A DNA stretch of 60,961 nt. Source: Nemertoderma westbladi (Eukaryota > Animalia > Xenacoelomorpha). The notes beneath the pieces were generated by a model. It had not been told where the DNA came from. It saw only the letters and a program-made list of their open reading frames with translations, and did not search any database. The number at the start of each line of letters is the position of its first letter. Position 1 is the stretch's first letter. Shown here piece by piece: positions 11,827-22,095 of this stretch. Position numbers and translations under genes: made by a program. The stretch spans positions 1 to 60,961 of the forward strand of contig JAUCBJ010002088.1 in NCBI GenBank assembly GCA_032718475.1, in the 5' to 3' direction.

Positions 11827-14800
11827 GGCACGGTGTTACTTGGAGTAGTACCGGTGCGAGTGATCGGGGAAGGCAATCGATCAGTAACAACACTAATGCT
11901 GGTTGATAGTGGAGCTGCCTTCACATTAGTCGAGGAATGGGTAGCCGAAGAAATAGGATTGAGAACAAGGCCAAGCAGGATGGCGGTAACAACCATCTCT
12001 AGCAAAGATGAGATCCTAGAGATGAGGACAGGACGGTGCGCAATTGCAGCAGTGGCACCAGGATGCGATTATGGGGCAACCATCGACCCCATCCAAGTAA
12101 TAGAGTCAATTAACATCAATGCCAGGCGGCCAACCAACATCGAGGTCGAGCAATACAAATTCCTGGACAACATTGACTTCTCGATCCCAGACGTGGACGT
12201 TAGGAAGGTATCCATCATAGTAGGAATGGACTGCCCGACGGCCCACGAAAGAATGCAAACGGTCTTCGGCGAAGACAAGCAGAGTGACCCGGTGGCTATA
12301 TTAACACCATTCGGGTGGACGCTGAGTGGTCCAATTAAGAGCAAGATACCATTCAGGATGTCGGAGACATCAGGATGCATGTTCGCGGGAACAATGCAGG
12401 AAATGGGTGATGAGGGAGCAGAGGAGCAGCTTAAAAGACTGCTCAGACAAGACTTCGAGGGACTGAAAGAGACCGGGGTCGGGACCTCGGTAGAAGACAA
12501 ACAGGGTCTACAAAGCGTGGAGGAATCGATGACGTGTGATGAGGGGCGGTATACAATAGGAATGGTATGGAAACTACCGAAGATACCGCTACCCGATAAT
12601 AGAGGGATGGTACTCACGAGACTTCGTAAGCTGAAACAAACACTAAAACGGAGCCCCGAGAAGAACGAGTACATTCACAAAACAATTAAGAAGTACGTTG
12701 AGAAGGGATGGGCCGTGGAGTTACCGGTCGACGAGCCGAACACGGACAGGACATACTACCTGCCACTCCACGTAGCATTAGACCCAAAGAAAGGTAAACT
12801 TAGGATGGTAGTCGATGCATCGGCAAAGACCGACGGAAAGTGCTTAAACGACTACCTACTAGAAGGCCCAAACATATACAATTCGGGCATAGAAGTACTA
12901 CTTAGATTTAGGAATGGGAAACACGCCTTCACGTGCGACATAGAAGGCATGTTCAACCAAGTCCGTGTAACAGAGGAAGACAGCGACAGTCAACGCTTCT
13001 TATGGTATAACGGCGAGGAAGAACCGCCTATAATACCGGCATATAAGATGGTAGTACAAAACATGGGGGCCAAGTCGTCCTCATTTACGACGACTATGGC
13101 AGTAAGAGACACGGTAAAGGGGAAGGAAGATAGATATAGCAGTAGGGCCGTCGATATGATCCGACGCGGCTTCTACGTAGACGACGGTATGGAGTCTGGA
13201 AATACGGTTGAGGAGATACTGGAAACAGGGCGCGAGGTTCGCGACATCCTGAAAGGATCCGGCTTCAACCTGACCAAATTCCAATCCAGTTCAGAAGAAT
13301 TTATCAAGGCAATAGAGGACAAGAAACCGGAATCGACCATGGACAACCCTACAACAGCCAAAGGACAGGACATGGCGAATAAGAGAACACAATCTCAGCA
13401 AAAGGCGTTGGGAATCGTGTGGGATAGAGGAACAGACGAACTGAAGTATCAGCTGAGCCAGGAGGGCGCAGACACCCATACGAAGAGGGGTTATGTATCG
13501 TATATAGCAAGGATATACGATCCCCTAGGCCTAGCATCCCCATTACTAGTCACGGGGAAACAGATACTCAAGAGAGTATATAAATTGAAGGATGAGTGGG
13601 ACGTAGAGGTACCAGAGGACATCAAGAAACAGTGGAGCAAATGGACAGGAGACTTGGAGAGGATGGGAACATACAACATGCCGCGAGTGTATTTTCCGGA
13701 CGGGAACATGACGAATCTGGACCTACATATGTTCTCCGACGCGTCGTTAGAGGCATACGGAGCGGCACTCTATTTGGTACAACGAGAGGGGGCTCACAAG
13801 CCCAGACTAGCCTTTAGCAAAGCTAAGTCAACGCCGCCAGACTCAGCATCTGTTCCCAAGTTAGAATTGACAGCTGCGAGACTAGGAGTTAGAGCCACAG
13901 CCTACCTAGTGGATACTATTCCCAACATAGTGGAGACACACTATTGGACGGACTCCATGGTAGTGCTTGGTTGGCTACACAACGAAAGGACGAGATACCC
14001 GATATTCGTCGCGAATAGAGTGGACGAAATAAGGGCGAGCACAGCATTGGAAAGGTGGCACTACTGCCCAACGGACGAGAACCCAGCGGACTTGCTGTCG
14101 AGGGGCGTGGAACGCCACACTTTCCTGAAGAAGGAAGCATTGTGGCAACATGGGCCACAATTTCTGAGCGTTAAAGAAGCCTGGCCGCCAATGAGAAAGG
14201 TGGAGCCGGGCTCAGAAGTGGTGTCAGAGGGAGAAGAGGGAGACTCAGAGGGAGAAGAGATATACTCCCAGATGGTGAGGGAGATTAGGGACGTGCAACC
14301 AAAGCAAGAACTACGCGATAACCCGACGGACAAACTCCTCAGCTACAGTTCTAGTTGGTACAAGACCAAGAAATTAGTGGTGTACTGGAGAGCTTTCGGG
14401 AATTTCCTCGCGGGAGTTAATAAGGAGAAGAAAACCAGGGAAACCATAGATCTGGAAGGAGCGGCCAAGGCAATAATCCGCTATGAACAACGAAAGAACT
14501 ACGGCGACGAGGTGGAACGCGTCGGTAACCAACAGCACCTCCGACGGGACAGCGAGTTGATTACGCTGTCGCCACAACTCAACGACGATGGGATTCTAGT
14601 AATGAATTCTAGGGTGGGATATAACAACAGCATAGTCGTGCCACCGAAACCCATCATCATTCCCACAGGATCGCCTATAGTCCACCAGATCATATGGGAC
14701 TCCCACAAATCGATATTGCATGGGGGCACCAACCTAACCCTCACAGAGATAAGAAGGACCTATTGGGTCAAACAATTAAGGAAGAAGGTTAAAGCGGTAG

Positions 14801-15813
14801 TGGGGCAGTGCCAGACCTGCCGACGGGCGAAGAAGGAACGAGCCATACAGGAGATGGCGCCACTACCGGCGAGTAGGGTAAGACAGCACGACCCGCCATT
14901 TACGCATTGCGGTGTGGACATGTTCGGGCCGATAAAGATCAAGGTGATGCGACACACGGAGAAACGCTACGGTATTATCTTCGTATGCAACAATACGCGG
15001 GCGGTAGGGATAGAACTCGCCCAAGATGCAACCGCATCAGCATTCATTAACGCCTTAGAAAGGTTTAGGGACCGCAAAGGTGGGACGATCGCAGTGATAT
15101 ACAGCGACAACGGCACCAACTTTGTGGGCGCAGAGAGGGAGATGGCAGAGGCCTTGGACATCTTGGAGGGAGAAGAAGTCAGGGCAGCCATGAGGAGACG
15201 ACAAGTAAAGTGGGAGAGAAGGACGCCGTATGCACCACATACACTAGGATGCGTCGAGAGACTGGTGGGCAGTTCAAAGCGTCTAATGACGAAGTTAATG
15301 AACACCCACATGGTCACTGAGGACGTTTTACGGACAGTACTTGCGAAGTGCGAGGGGATCATTAATAGCAGACCGCTATATCCGGAGAATGATGACCCTG
15401 AGTCGTTAGACGTGTTGACGCCTAGCCATTTTCTGATGGAAAGGCCAGCGACCATCGATATGCGGGGTGTAGACCCAGATGACATACACTCCCGCCAAAG
15501 TTGGAAAGTCGCTAAAGCGATAAGCGCAGAGTATTGGAGGAGGTGGGTAGAAGAATACCTACCCACGCTCCATAAGCGAAGCAAGTGGAAGAAACCGAAT
15601 CGGGAGTTAAAAGTAGGAGATCTCGTAATCGTTACGGATGATACTATCATCAACAACCAGTGGCGGTTGGCGAGAGTTGTAGGCACCTACTCCGACGAGG
15701 ACGGAAGAGTCCGATCGGTAGAAGTGCGGATAGGTGGAAAGATAGGTGCGAAAGACAGAAAAACCTACAGGAGAGCAGTAGGTAAATGCTGTCTTCTAGA
15801 AGGGGCACCTTAA
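11827..15813 (+). CDS. pol: BEL/Pao pol polyprotein (protease, RT, RNase H, integrase), uninterrupted
   Basis: LVDSGA; YVDD; FSDAS...ELTAA...TDS; HKSILHGG...CQTC; DMFG, SDNG, ERLV. Same frame as gag, separated by one TGA. Confidence 0.97.
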   Translation, partial: GTVLLGVVPVRVIGEGNRSVTTLMLVDSGAAFTLVEEWVAEEIGLRTRPSRMAVTTISSKDEILEMRTGRCAIAAVAPGCDYGATIDPIQVIESININARRPTNIEVEQYKFLDNIDFSIPDVDVRKVSIIVGMDCPTAHERMQTVFGEDKQSDPVAILTPFGWTLSGPIKSKIPFRMSETSGCMFAGTMQEMGDEGAEEQLKRLLRQDFEGLKETGVGTSVEDKQGLQSVEESMTCDEGRYTIGMVWKLPKIPLPDNRGMVLTRLRKLKQTLKRSPEKNEYIHKTIKKYVEKGWAVELPVDEPNTDRTYYLPLHVALDPKKGKLRMVVDASAKTDGKCLNDYLLEGPNIYNSGIEVLLRFRNGKHAFTCDIEGMFNQVRVTEEDSDSQRFLWYNGEEEPPIIPAYKMVVQNMGAKSSSFTTTMAVRDTVKGKEDRYSSRAVDMIRRGFYVDDGMESGNTVEEILETGREVRDILKGSGFNLTKFQSSSEEFIKAIEDKKPESTMDNPTTAKGQDMANKRTQSQQKALGIVWDRGTDELKYQLSQEGADTHTKRGYVSYIARIYDPLGLASPLLVTGKQILKRVYKLKDEWDVEVPEDIKKQWSKWTGDLERMGTYNMPRVYFPDGNMTNLDLHMFSDASLEAYGAALYLVQREGAHKPRLAFSKAKSTPPDSASVPKLELTAARLGVRATAYLVDTIPNIVETHYWTDSMVVLGWLHNERTRYPIFVANRVDEIRASTALERWHYCPTDENPADLLSRGVERHTFLKKEALWQHGPQFLSVKEAWPPMRKVEPGSEVVSEGEEGDSEGEEIYSQMVREIRDVQPKQELRDNPTDKLLSYSSSWYKTKKLVVYWRAFGNFLAGVNKEKKTRETIDLEGAAKAIIRYEQRKNYGDEVERVGNQQHLRRDSELITLSPQLNDDGILVMNSRVGYNNSIVVPPKPIIIPTGSPIVHQIIWDSHKSILHGGTNLTLTEIRRTYWVKQLRKKVKAVVGQCQTCRRAKKERAIQEMAPLPASRVRQHDPPFTHCGVDMFGPIKIKVMRHTEKRYGIIFVCNNTRAVGIELAQDATASAFINALERFRDRKGGTIAVIYSDNGTNFVGAEREMAEALDILEGEEVRAAMRRRQVKWERRTPYAPHTLGCVERLVGSSKRLMTKLMNTHMVTEDVLRTVLAKCEGIINSRPLYPENDDPESLDVLTPSHFLMERPATIDMRGVDPDDIHSRQSWKVAKAISAEYWRRWVEEYLPTLHKRSKWKKPNRELKVGDLVIVTDDTIINNQWRLARVVGTYSDEDGRVRSVEVRIGGKIGAKDRKTYRRAVGKCCLLEGAP

Positions 15814-15924
15814 ATTGGAGTTAGAGTGGAGTTTAGTCGTCCAAGTTTTGGACTGAGGGGGGTGGGATTGAGGGCGAGACGCCCTTCCCACACAAATAAA
15901 AATAAAAATAAAATAAAAATAATA

Positions 15925-16640
15925 GTTAGTTAGTTAGTAAGTATGTAGTACCTAGAGTTAGTTAGTTAGTTAGTAGGTACGTAGTGCCTAGAGTTAGAGA
16001 GTTAGTAGGTACGTAGTACCTAGAGTTAGTTAGTTAGTAGGTACGTAGTGCCTAGAGTTAGAGAGTTAATAGGTACGTAGTACCTAGTTAGAGTTAGAGA
16101 GTTAGTAGGTACGTAGTACCTAGTTAGAGTTAGAGTTAGAGGGTACGTAGTACCGATAGTTAGAGAGTTAATAGGTACGTAGTACCTAGTTAGAGTTAGA
16201 GTTAGAGGGTACGTAGTACCAATAGTTAGTTAGAGTTAGTAGGTACGTAGTACCTAGTTAGAGTTAGAGTTAGTAGGTACGTAGTACCTAGTTAGAGTTA
16301 GAGTTAGAGGGTACGTAGTACCAATAGTTAGTTAGAGTTAGTAGGTACGTAGTACCTAGTTAGAGTTAGAGTTAGTAGGTACGTAGTACCTAGTTAGAGT
16401 TAGAGTTAGAGGGTACGTAGTACCGATAGTTAGAGAGTTAGAGGGTACGTAGTACCGTTAGTTAGAGTTAGAGTTAGAGGGTACGTAGTACCAATAGTTA
16501 GTTAGAGTTAGTAGGTACGTAGTACCTAGTTAGAGTTAGAGTTAGTAGGTACGTAGTACCTAGTTAGAGTTAGAGTTAGTAGGTACGTAGTACCTAGTTA
16601 GAGTTAGAGTTAGGGGGTACGTAGTACCATTAGTTAGAGA
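15925..16640 (+). repeat. Array of ~21 GGTAC-GTA-GTACC hairpin units separated by TTAG/TTAGAG repeats
   Basis: The core TAGGTACGTAGTACCTA is a 7-bp inverted repeat with a 3-nt loop, recurring every ~30-37 bp. Confidence 0.95.
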
Positions 16641-17135
16641 GAGAGAATGAGAGGTAAAAGGGGTAAATAGGATATAGATATTAGTCAGCAGTAAGTAGAG
16701 TTAGTAGCGAGAAGGGGGCATATGAGTACAGCTGGATAAATCGTGTGGCCACACGATGCATACTGCTGTACTGCATAGGCCCACAAAGTAGGCCAGAATA
16801 TGGATTAGAGAATAGAATAAACCCATAGGCAGTAGTAGGTAGTAGGACAGTAGAATCAAAGCAAACAAACAAATAAATAGAATAGGGCTAAAATCGTAAA
16901 ATAGTGGCAACACAAGGAAAGTCGTTCTAGAACATAATAAAAGTAACGGACAGAAATTGTAAATTAGGCTGATTTACTAGCTCCGAAATTAATTAGGTTA
17001 AATTTAGCTTGAAAGGCGCAATTAAGTAGAAAGTAGGCCATTATCGAACTGTACGAAACATCTTAAATACTTCACTCATCTGTATTGCGCCTTGGTAAGG
17101 CACCACCCTGCAGGTGAGCGAGTGTAGTGTTCGGA

Positions 17136-19670
17136 ATGGCGAGTAAGCTGATCAGGAAGAGAAAGGCGGAGTCAGGAGGAAAAGAAATATTGGTGGATTT
17201 CACCGAAAGACACCCGGAAGAGAAGACGAGAGGATACTACGAGAGGTTGGAAAGGGGTCACGCGGCACGAGCGCTGCAGGATCACTTCCGGGAGGCGCAC
17301 GAACAGCAGTTGGTCGGGACCTACGGGACCCCGTCGCTGGACAACGCGATCTTCCAACACTTCCACTACGTGGTGAAAGGGGACGAGGCGAAGTTCGGGA
17401 TTCCGAAGTATCCGAGGGAATCACCGAGGAAGGACTGGAAAAGATTCATAGAGTCCGTCAACAGGGGAGGATATATGATCCTAGATGACGAGGGAACCGT
17501 GGAAGACGAAGCGGGTTCGAGACGAGGAACGGCAGGGTCGGCCAGGACCATACTCCTACATTTGGCCGCGCCAAATGGGGACATCTTCTTATTCGATCTA
17601 GGGACGTATGGGAAGAAGGACGGGCCGAAATTAGACCGGTTACCGAAAGCGGTACAAGTCTTGGTAAGAGAGAAGTCGACGACGAAAGTGGGATCGGCGA
17701 TTCGCGAGGATGCGGAAAGGATCATCGGTCCGGACGCCACCAACCTCCTGGATATGCAGAAGGTCTTTATGGCTATGACGGCACCGGATGGGTTGGGGCT
17801 AGTCGAAAACACAGGTCTATGCGGGGCAGTGGCGATGGGCCAACTATTGGGGCTCGTATGTCACAAACCGATGGACTGGGGGAAGTTTAGGGAAGAATAC
17901 GGAGCAGAACTAGCGAACTCGCTGAAGTGGGGAGCGAGACCGGGAAAGCAGGAGGTATATCAGTTTCGCAGAGGAGCGATAAAGGTATATCAGAAGCGAT
18001 ATATCCTGCAGGAGGACTGGATGATGATAAGTTTGCTTAACTTATTCATGACCGTAGTTATCGAAAGGGAACCAGGGGCATTTCTGTTATCGGGATCACC
18101 CCTAAGCTACAGGAGAGCCTTTAAGACGGCCTTTGATGGTCTGGTAGACCACCCGGGGCTGAAGGGCGAGTCGGTGTACTACAACAGCCGACATCTGGTA
18201 GACGGGGAGACAGATACACCGTATCAGAGATGGGAGCAGCTAGAGGCGGACAGACGAGAAGCAAAGCGACTGGAAGAAGTCGCTAGACGGGAGAGGATAG
18301 AAGCAGAGGAGAGGGAAGAGGAGGCCAGGGCACAGAGTTACGGCTTGGAGGAACAGGTGGGCCTAGACGAACTTCATTGGACTTCGTCAGGGAGTTCGGG
18401 GGAGTCTCTAGGGCAAGAATTGGGATGGACGGTGGGATCGCCGAAACAGTCGACGTCGGGGTTGCAAACGATGCCCATACCAGCGGGCGCCGAGGGCGAC
18501 CAACCGCCAAGGAAGTTAAGGGAGCTAGAGGGATGGAGAGCTACGGGCGAGAGTCAAGGCGGGAAGGGACATAGTGGATCCATCGGGATACCGGGATTGG
18601 AGACACTACCAGAAGAGGAGGACGGCGACGACGAGTTCGGAGAGATGCCGCCCATCGAGAGGATAGGCCACTCGGACACGGACTGGGTTGGCGGAAGGGT
18701 GGTGACAGCCAGTGGGGCGAGGGCCTTCTGGAACAGATCCGGCAAGCGGACCTGGGTGCACGAGGAGCCAGCGATGGATTTCGCGGGGAGCACCATCAGG
18801 TTGGGCGAGCAACCGGGAACGGCACCACGGATAGTATTCGGGGAGACGATGCCCGAGAGGGGCGGAGAGATCGACGTAAACAGGGAGAGCAACGTAGAGA
18901 AGTTCGCCTACCAGCGACTCCATAGACCGCGGAGATCGCTTGGGACGAAAGACGAGGTGGGACGGGAGACATTGGTACTCGGCTGCGACTACTGTGGGAG
19001 ACAGACCCATCAGGAAAGCAGCTGCCTATACCGGTTCCAACGGGGAACCTTTTGTCTCTACTGTAGAGAACCAAGCCACAGGATGGGGGCGTGTCCACGG
19101 TTGCATAACCGATGTCCAAAGTGCCACTTTCGGGGACACTACGGGCGCGAGTGCGACTGGATGAGCGACGAGGAGAAGTTCACAAGATTCGAGGAGTGGG
19201 CCGACGTCGGGGCCATGACGCGCCAGCGCATGAAGGCCCAAGAGTTCAAGTGGGGTTTCTTCCTCATAAACCAGGAGACCCACATGGAAATCATAAAGCG
19301 AAGGTTACCGTTTACCTATCAAGAGGTAGCAACGGCGGCATCGTTCGCCGGAGTTATGAACACGCAACGGTACCTGGACAGGTGGACACCAGAGAACCGG
19401 AGGGAGTTTAGGGATTTCTTGGCGGAACACGTACCAAAGGCAATGAAAATGATCCTATGGGACGCCACACGAGGGAGACAACCAGGCCATTCTGAGGGGC
19501 CACCGGCGAAGCGGTATCGGGCATTAATAACACCAGCGCCCAAGGAGCCAACGACCGGGATCAGCAAGGAAGTGGCGGCGAAGGTCCGGAAGCAGAAAGC
19601 GGATGATGCCAGAGGAACGGTGATAACCAAGAAACGGGCCAGGGAAGAGGACGTGAGGAGGAACAGATAA
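17136..19670 (+). CDS. Accessory ORF3, 844 aa: WRN/RNase D-like (DEDDy) 3'-5' exonuclease domain, acidic linker, three CCHC zinc knuckles
   Basis: ILDDEG (ExoI), LLHLAAPNGDIFLFDL, LPKAVQVLVREKSTTKVGSAIREDAERI (ExoII), LLDMQ, YQKRYILQED (ExoIII-like); knuckles CDYCGRQTHQESSC, CLYCREPSHRMGAC, CPKCHFRGHYGREC. Confidence 0.75.
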   Translation: MASKLIRKRKAESGGKEILVDFTERHPEEKTRGYYERLERGHAARALQDHFREAHEQQLVGTYGTPSLDNAIFQHFHYVVKGDEAKFGIPKYPRESPRKDWKRFIESVNRGGYMILDDEGTVEDEAGSRRGTAGSARTILLHLAAPNGDIFLFDLGTYGKKDGPKLDRLPKAVQVLVREKSTTKVGSAIREDAERIIGPDATNLLDMQKVFMAMTAPDGLGLVENTGLCGAVAMGQLLGLVCHKPMDWGKFREEYGAELANSLKWGARPGKQEVYQFRRGAIKVYQKRYILQEDWMMISLLNLFMTVVIEREPGAFLLSGSPLSYRRAFKTAFDGLVDHPGLKGESVYYNSRHLVDGETDTPYQRWEQLEADRREAKRLEEVARRERIEAEEREEEARAQSYGLEEQVGLDELHWTSSGSSGESLGQELGWTVGSPKQSTSGLQTMPIPAGAEGDQPPRKLRELEGWRATGESQGGKGHSGSIGIPGLETLPEEEDGDDEFGEMPPIERIGHSDTDWVGGRVVTASGARAFWNRSGKRTWVHEEPAMDFAGSTIRLGEQPGTAPRIVFGETMPERGGEIDVNRESNVEKFAYQRLHRPRRSLGTKDEVGRETLVLGCDYCGRQTHQESSCLYRFQRGTFCLYCREPSHRMGACPRLHNRCPKCHFRGHYGRECDWMSDEEKFTRFEEWADVGAMTRQRMKAQEFKWGFFLINQETHMEIIKRRLPFTYQEVATAASFAGVMNTQRYLDRWTPENRREFRDFLAEHVPKAMKMILWDATRGRQPGHSEGPPAKRYRALITPAPKEPTTGISKEVAAKVRKQKADDARGTVITKKRAREEDVRRNR

Positions 19671-20343
19671 GTTCCCAGATACGAGGGAGTGAGACTGAGA
19701 CTGGGACGTGGTGCGCCTGGAAGGCGCCGCATGCAACGTACGAACCATTAAGTACAAATTTAATTAATGCAAATAATCATATAAGTGCAATTCGTATGTA
19801 CGTATGTAGTAATTAGCAGTAAAATACACGATCGGAGTAAGTACTATAGTCATACAACCTTTCTCAACTAGCTAGTGGGACTGGGGGATAACTGACTATG
19901 GCACTATGGACGAGACAACTGACAATTTCACACCTCTTGAGTGCGACGGCACGAGAGGGGGGGGGAGATTCGTCAGAAGGGAAGAGACAGACGAAGTGAG
20001 GTTGAGGGACGGAATAATAGTGCGGAGTGCGGAGAGAGTGCCGATGCAGTTCCAGTGTGGGGGGGGGGGGGGGGGAGAATAAGAGGCTGAGTAAGGGACG
20101 AGGAGGTCCAAATGTGAGAGAGTTAGGGTGAGAGTGAAGGTGAGATAGGGCGAAAATGTTGGGGAAACAAAAGTTGCGTGGGAGGTGAGCGCGATCGGCC
20201 CGACATGAGACGCCAGGCACACAGGGTAGCGTTATCATACCCATAGGGGGCGGCCTGGAAAGCCGGCTCCTAGAGAAAAGAATTCCACCCCACACCCGAT
20301 ACTAGATCGGGATCCAGCGGGATTGTAACGCACTTTTAGGTTG

Positions 20344-20381
20344 ATGCTATCTTCTTACCGGGAAGATAGCATGGGGGGGAG
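20344..20381 (+). other. Polypurine tract preceded by an 11-bp perfect hairpin
   Basis: ATGCTATCTTC-TTACCGG-GAAGATAGCAT, then GGGGGGGAG abutting the 3' LTR. Confidence 0.85.
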
Positions 20382-20922
20382 TGTTAGCTTATTCAATCCC
20401 GCCAACACCCCATAAAGTTATAAGCCGATAAGCAATATTGGGAGCCACGAGATTGGGCAATTAACCAACTCGTGCCATCCCAATAAGAGTGGGAAGGAAG
20501 CACACAATAGAGGGTCAGGGGCCAAACCCCTAACCCAGAGAGAACAGGTGGAGTGAACGGGAATACTCCACGGGGCGCCAACAAGGGTACTAACCAATCA
20601 GAGGGGGGAAAGGCATCGATTGAGTAGCAGTAAGGCCACCGTGCAATATAACCAATAACCTATTAATCAGTGATTCAGTTATCTCAGTGTAGCAGTGCTA
20701 GTGTAGGTTAGTAGTCAATTAGTTTAGTTAGGGGATCACGGGACTTTAGTTACCGTATCCCGCCTTGTACACATTATATCTATATCTATATCCTATGCCC
20801 TATTATTATTATACACCGAACTTCAGAACTCAGTTACTTTATTTCACCCTTATACACGGCGGGGACGCGTGGACTAAATTACCACATCGGATAAATCGGG
20901 ATCCCTCCTGGATCCCGTCACA
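20382..20922 (+). repeat. 3' LTR (541 bp)
   Basis: Near-identical to 6905-7445; followed by CTATT. Confidence 0.97.
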
Positions 20923-22095
20923 CTATTGAGGAGATCATTCTATTTTTAAAAAATACGAATTTTAGTAATATAGGAATACTTTTGAAATAGTAGAATTTCC
21001 TATATTTATTTCATTAGACTAGTAGGCCTAATATGGCCTTTACCTGAACTTGACTGATTTTAAATTATTTTGCATTCATTATCAATAGGTCTGGGCCTGT
21101 TCTACAGGAACCTATTGTTCACCTAGCCAATCCCAGCCGTTCTGTTGCCACTGATGGGCACACCAGCTACCGTGGCATTGGCAAGACCTGCACCTGCATC
21201 ACGACATTGTAAACCACTCAAACAAGAAAGGCCCTAGGTGGTAGACAATGGTCTACATGATAACGAAGCTGGAGGTTTAAATAATTTAAAATGTGTGCAA
21301 CCCCATGTTGACATACAGTATAACTCAACATGGGATTCAGTGGATGCTTAATCCTTCACGCATGCCATACCAAAAACTATGGTCCTGTTTGAAATGTTAA
21401 GGTGGACCTTTCTATATAAATAAAAACCATGTAAAGTTAGATCATTATCTCTAAAAAACGTTAAGTGAAGTTTTTCAAAGTTTTTCAAAGTTTTTTTTTT
21501 AAAGTAAATCTTACTAAATTTGTCTTTTTGGTACTATGGAGTACTTTATTTGCCCCTATGATGCCACGCATAGGATTCATTCGGAGAAATACGTCAAAGA
21601 TCTAAGAAAATGCCGCAAGAACTTTCCTGGCCAAAAAATGGTACAGTGTCCCTTTGAAGTTGCACATAGCTTCAGAGAAGCCGAAAGGGAACATCATCTA
21701 ACATTTTGTGAATATAGAAATAGGAGCTCCATTTTTGAGAAATCAAAAGAAGAGAAAAAAGTGGAGAAGAAAGGAGAAGATGAAGGATTGATGTGATGAT
21801 GCGATTCTCCGCACCCTACCCGTTACCATTGCGATTTAATTATGAGAGTAGTATAAATTGTAATTATGTAATAATGTAATTATTATTGGTGTATAAATTG
21901 TATGTACTTGGCGATTAATAATTGGTGCAGACATGTATATTGTATTATTGTTCCTATTGTATTGTATATTTCATCTGCTGTAGTACAATCTATTCATCTC
22001 GCGTTCTTATCTGATTGATTTATGTCAAATTAAATTGCCTTTGGCAACATTATTTGATACAAATCGATTGATTAAACAATAATTAATTAATTGTT
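20923..22095 (+). repeat. Local duplication, copy B, right part
   Basis: Matches 2610-3770. Confidence 0.95.
21536..21796 (+). CDS. GTSF1-like CHHC protein, second copy with His-to-Asp change in finger 1
   Basis: Identical to 3224-3484 except VKHLRKC to VKDLRKC and the last residue. Confidence 0.75.
   Translation: MEYFICPYDATHRIHSEKYVKDLRKCRKNFPGQKMVQCPFEVAHSFREAEREHHLTFCEYRNRSSIFEKSKEEKKVEKKGEDEGLM

Larger units (their letters stand above)
6905..20922 (+). mobile_element. Full-length BEL/Pao LTR retrotransposon, 14,018 bp, with an extra ORF3
   Basis: TG...CA 541-bp LTRs, CTATT TSD at 6900-6904 and 20923-20927, G-rich PPT, gag then PR-RT-RH-IN with Pao motifs YDPLG and NPAD. Confidence 0.97.

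Noticed and set aside
7968-15686. Long antisense ORFs within the BEL element
   Set aside because: Shadows of purine-rich coding sequence; no motifs.
15925-16640. CRISPR array or telomere
   Set aside because: The linkers are repetitive rather than unique spacers, there are no cas genes, the context is eukaryotic, and the repeats are TTAG/TTAGAG inside an LTR element.
17136-19670. ORF3 as env
   Set aside because: No signal peptide, transmembrane anchor or fusion-protein cysteine pattern seen.
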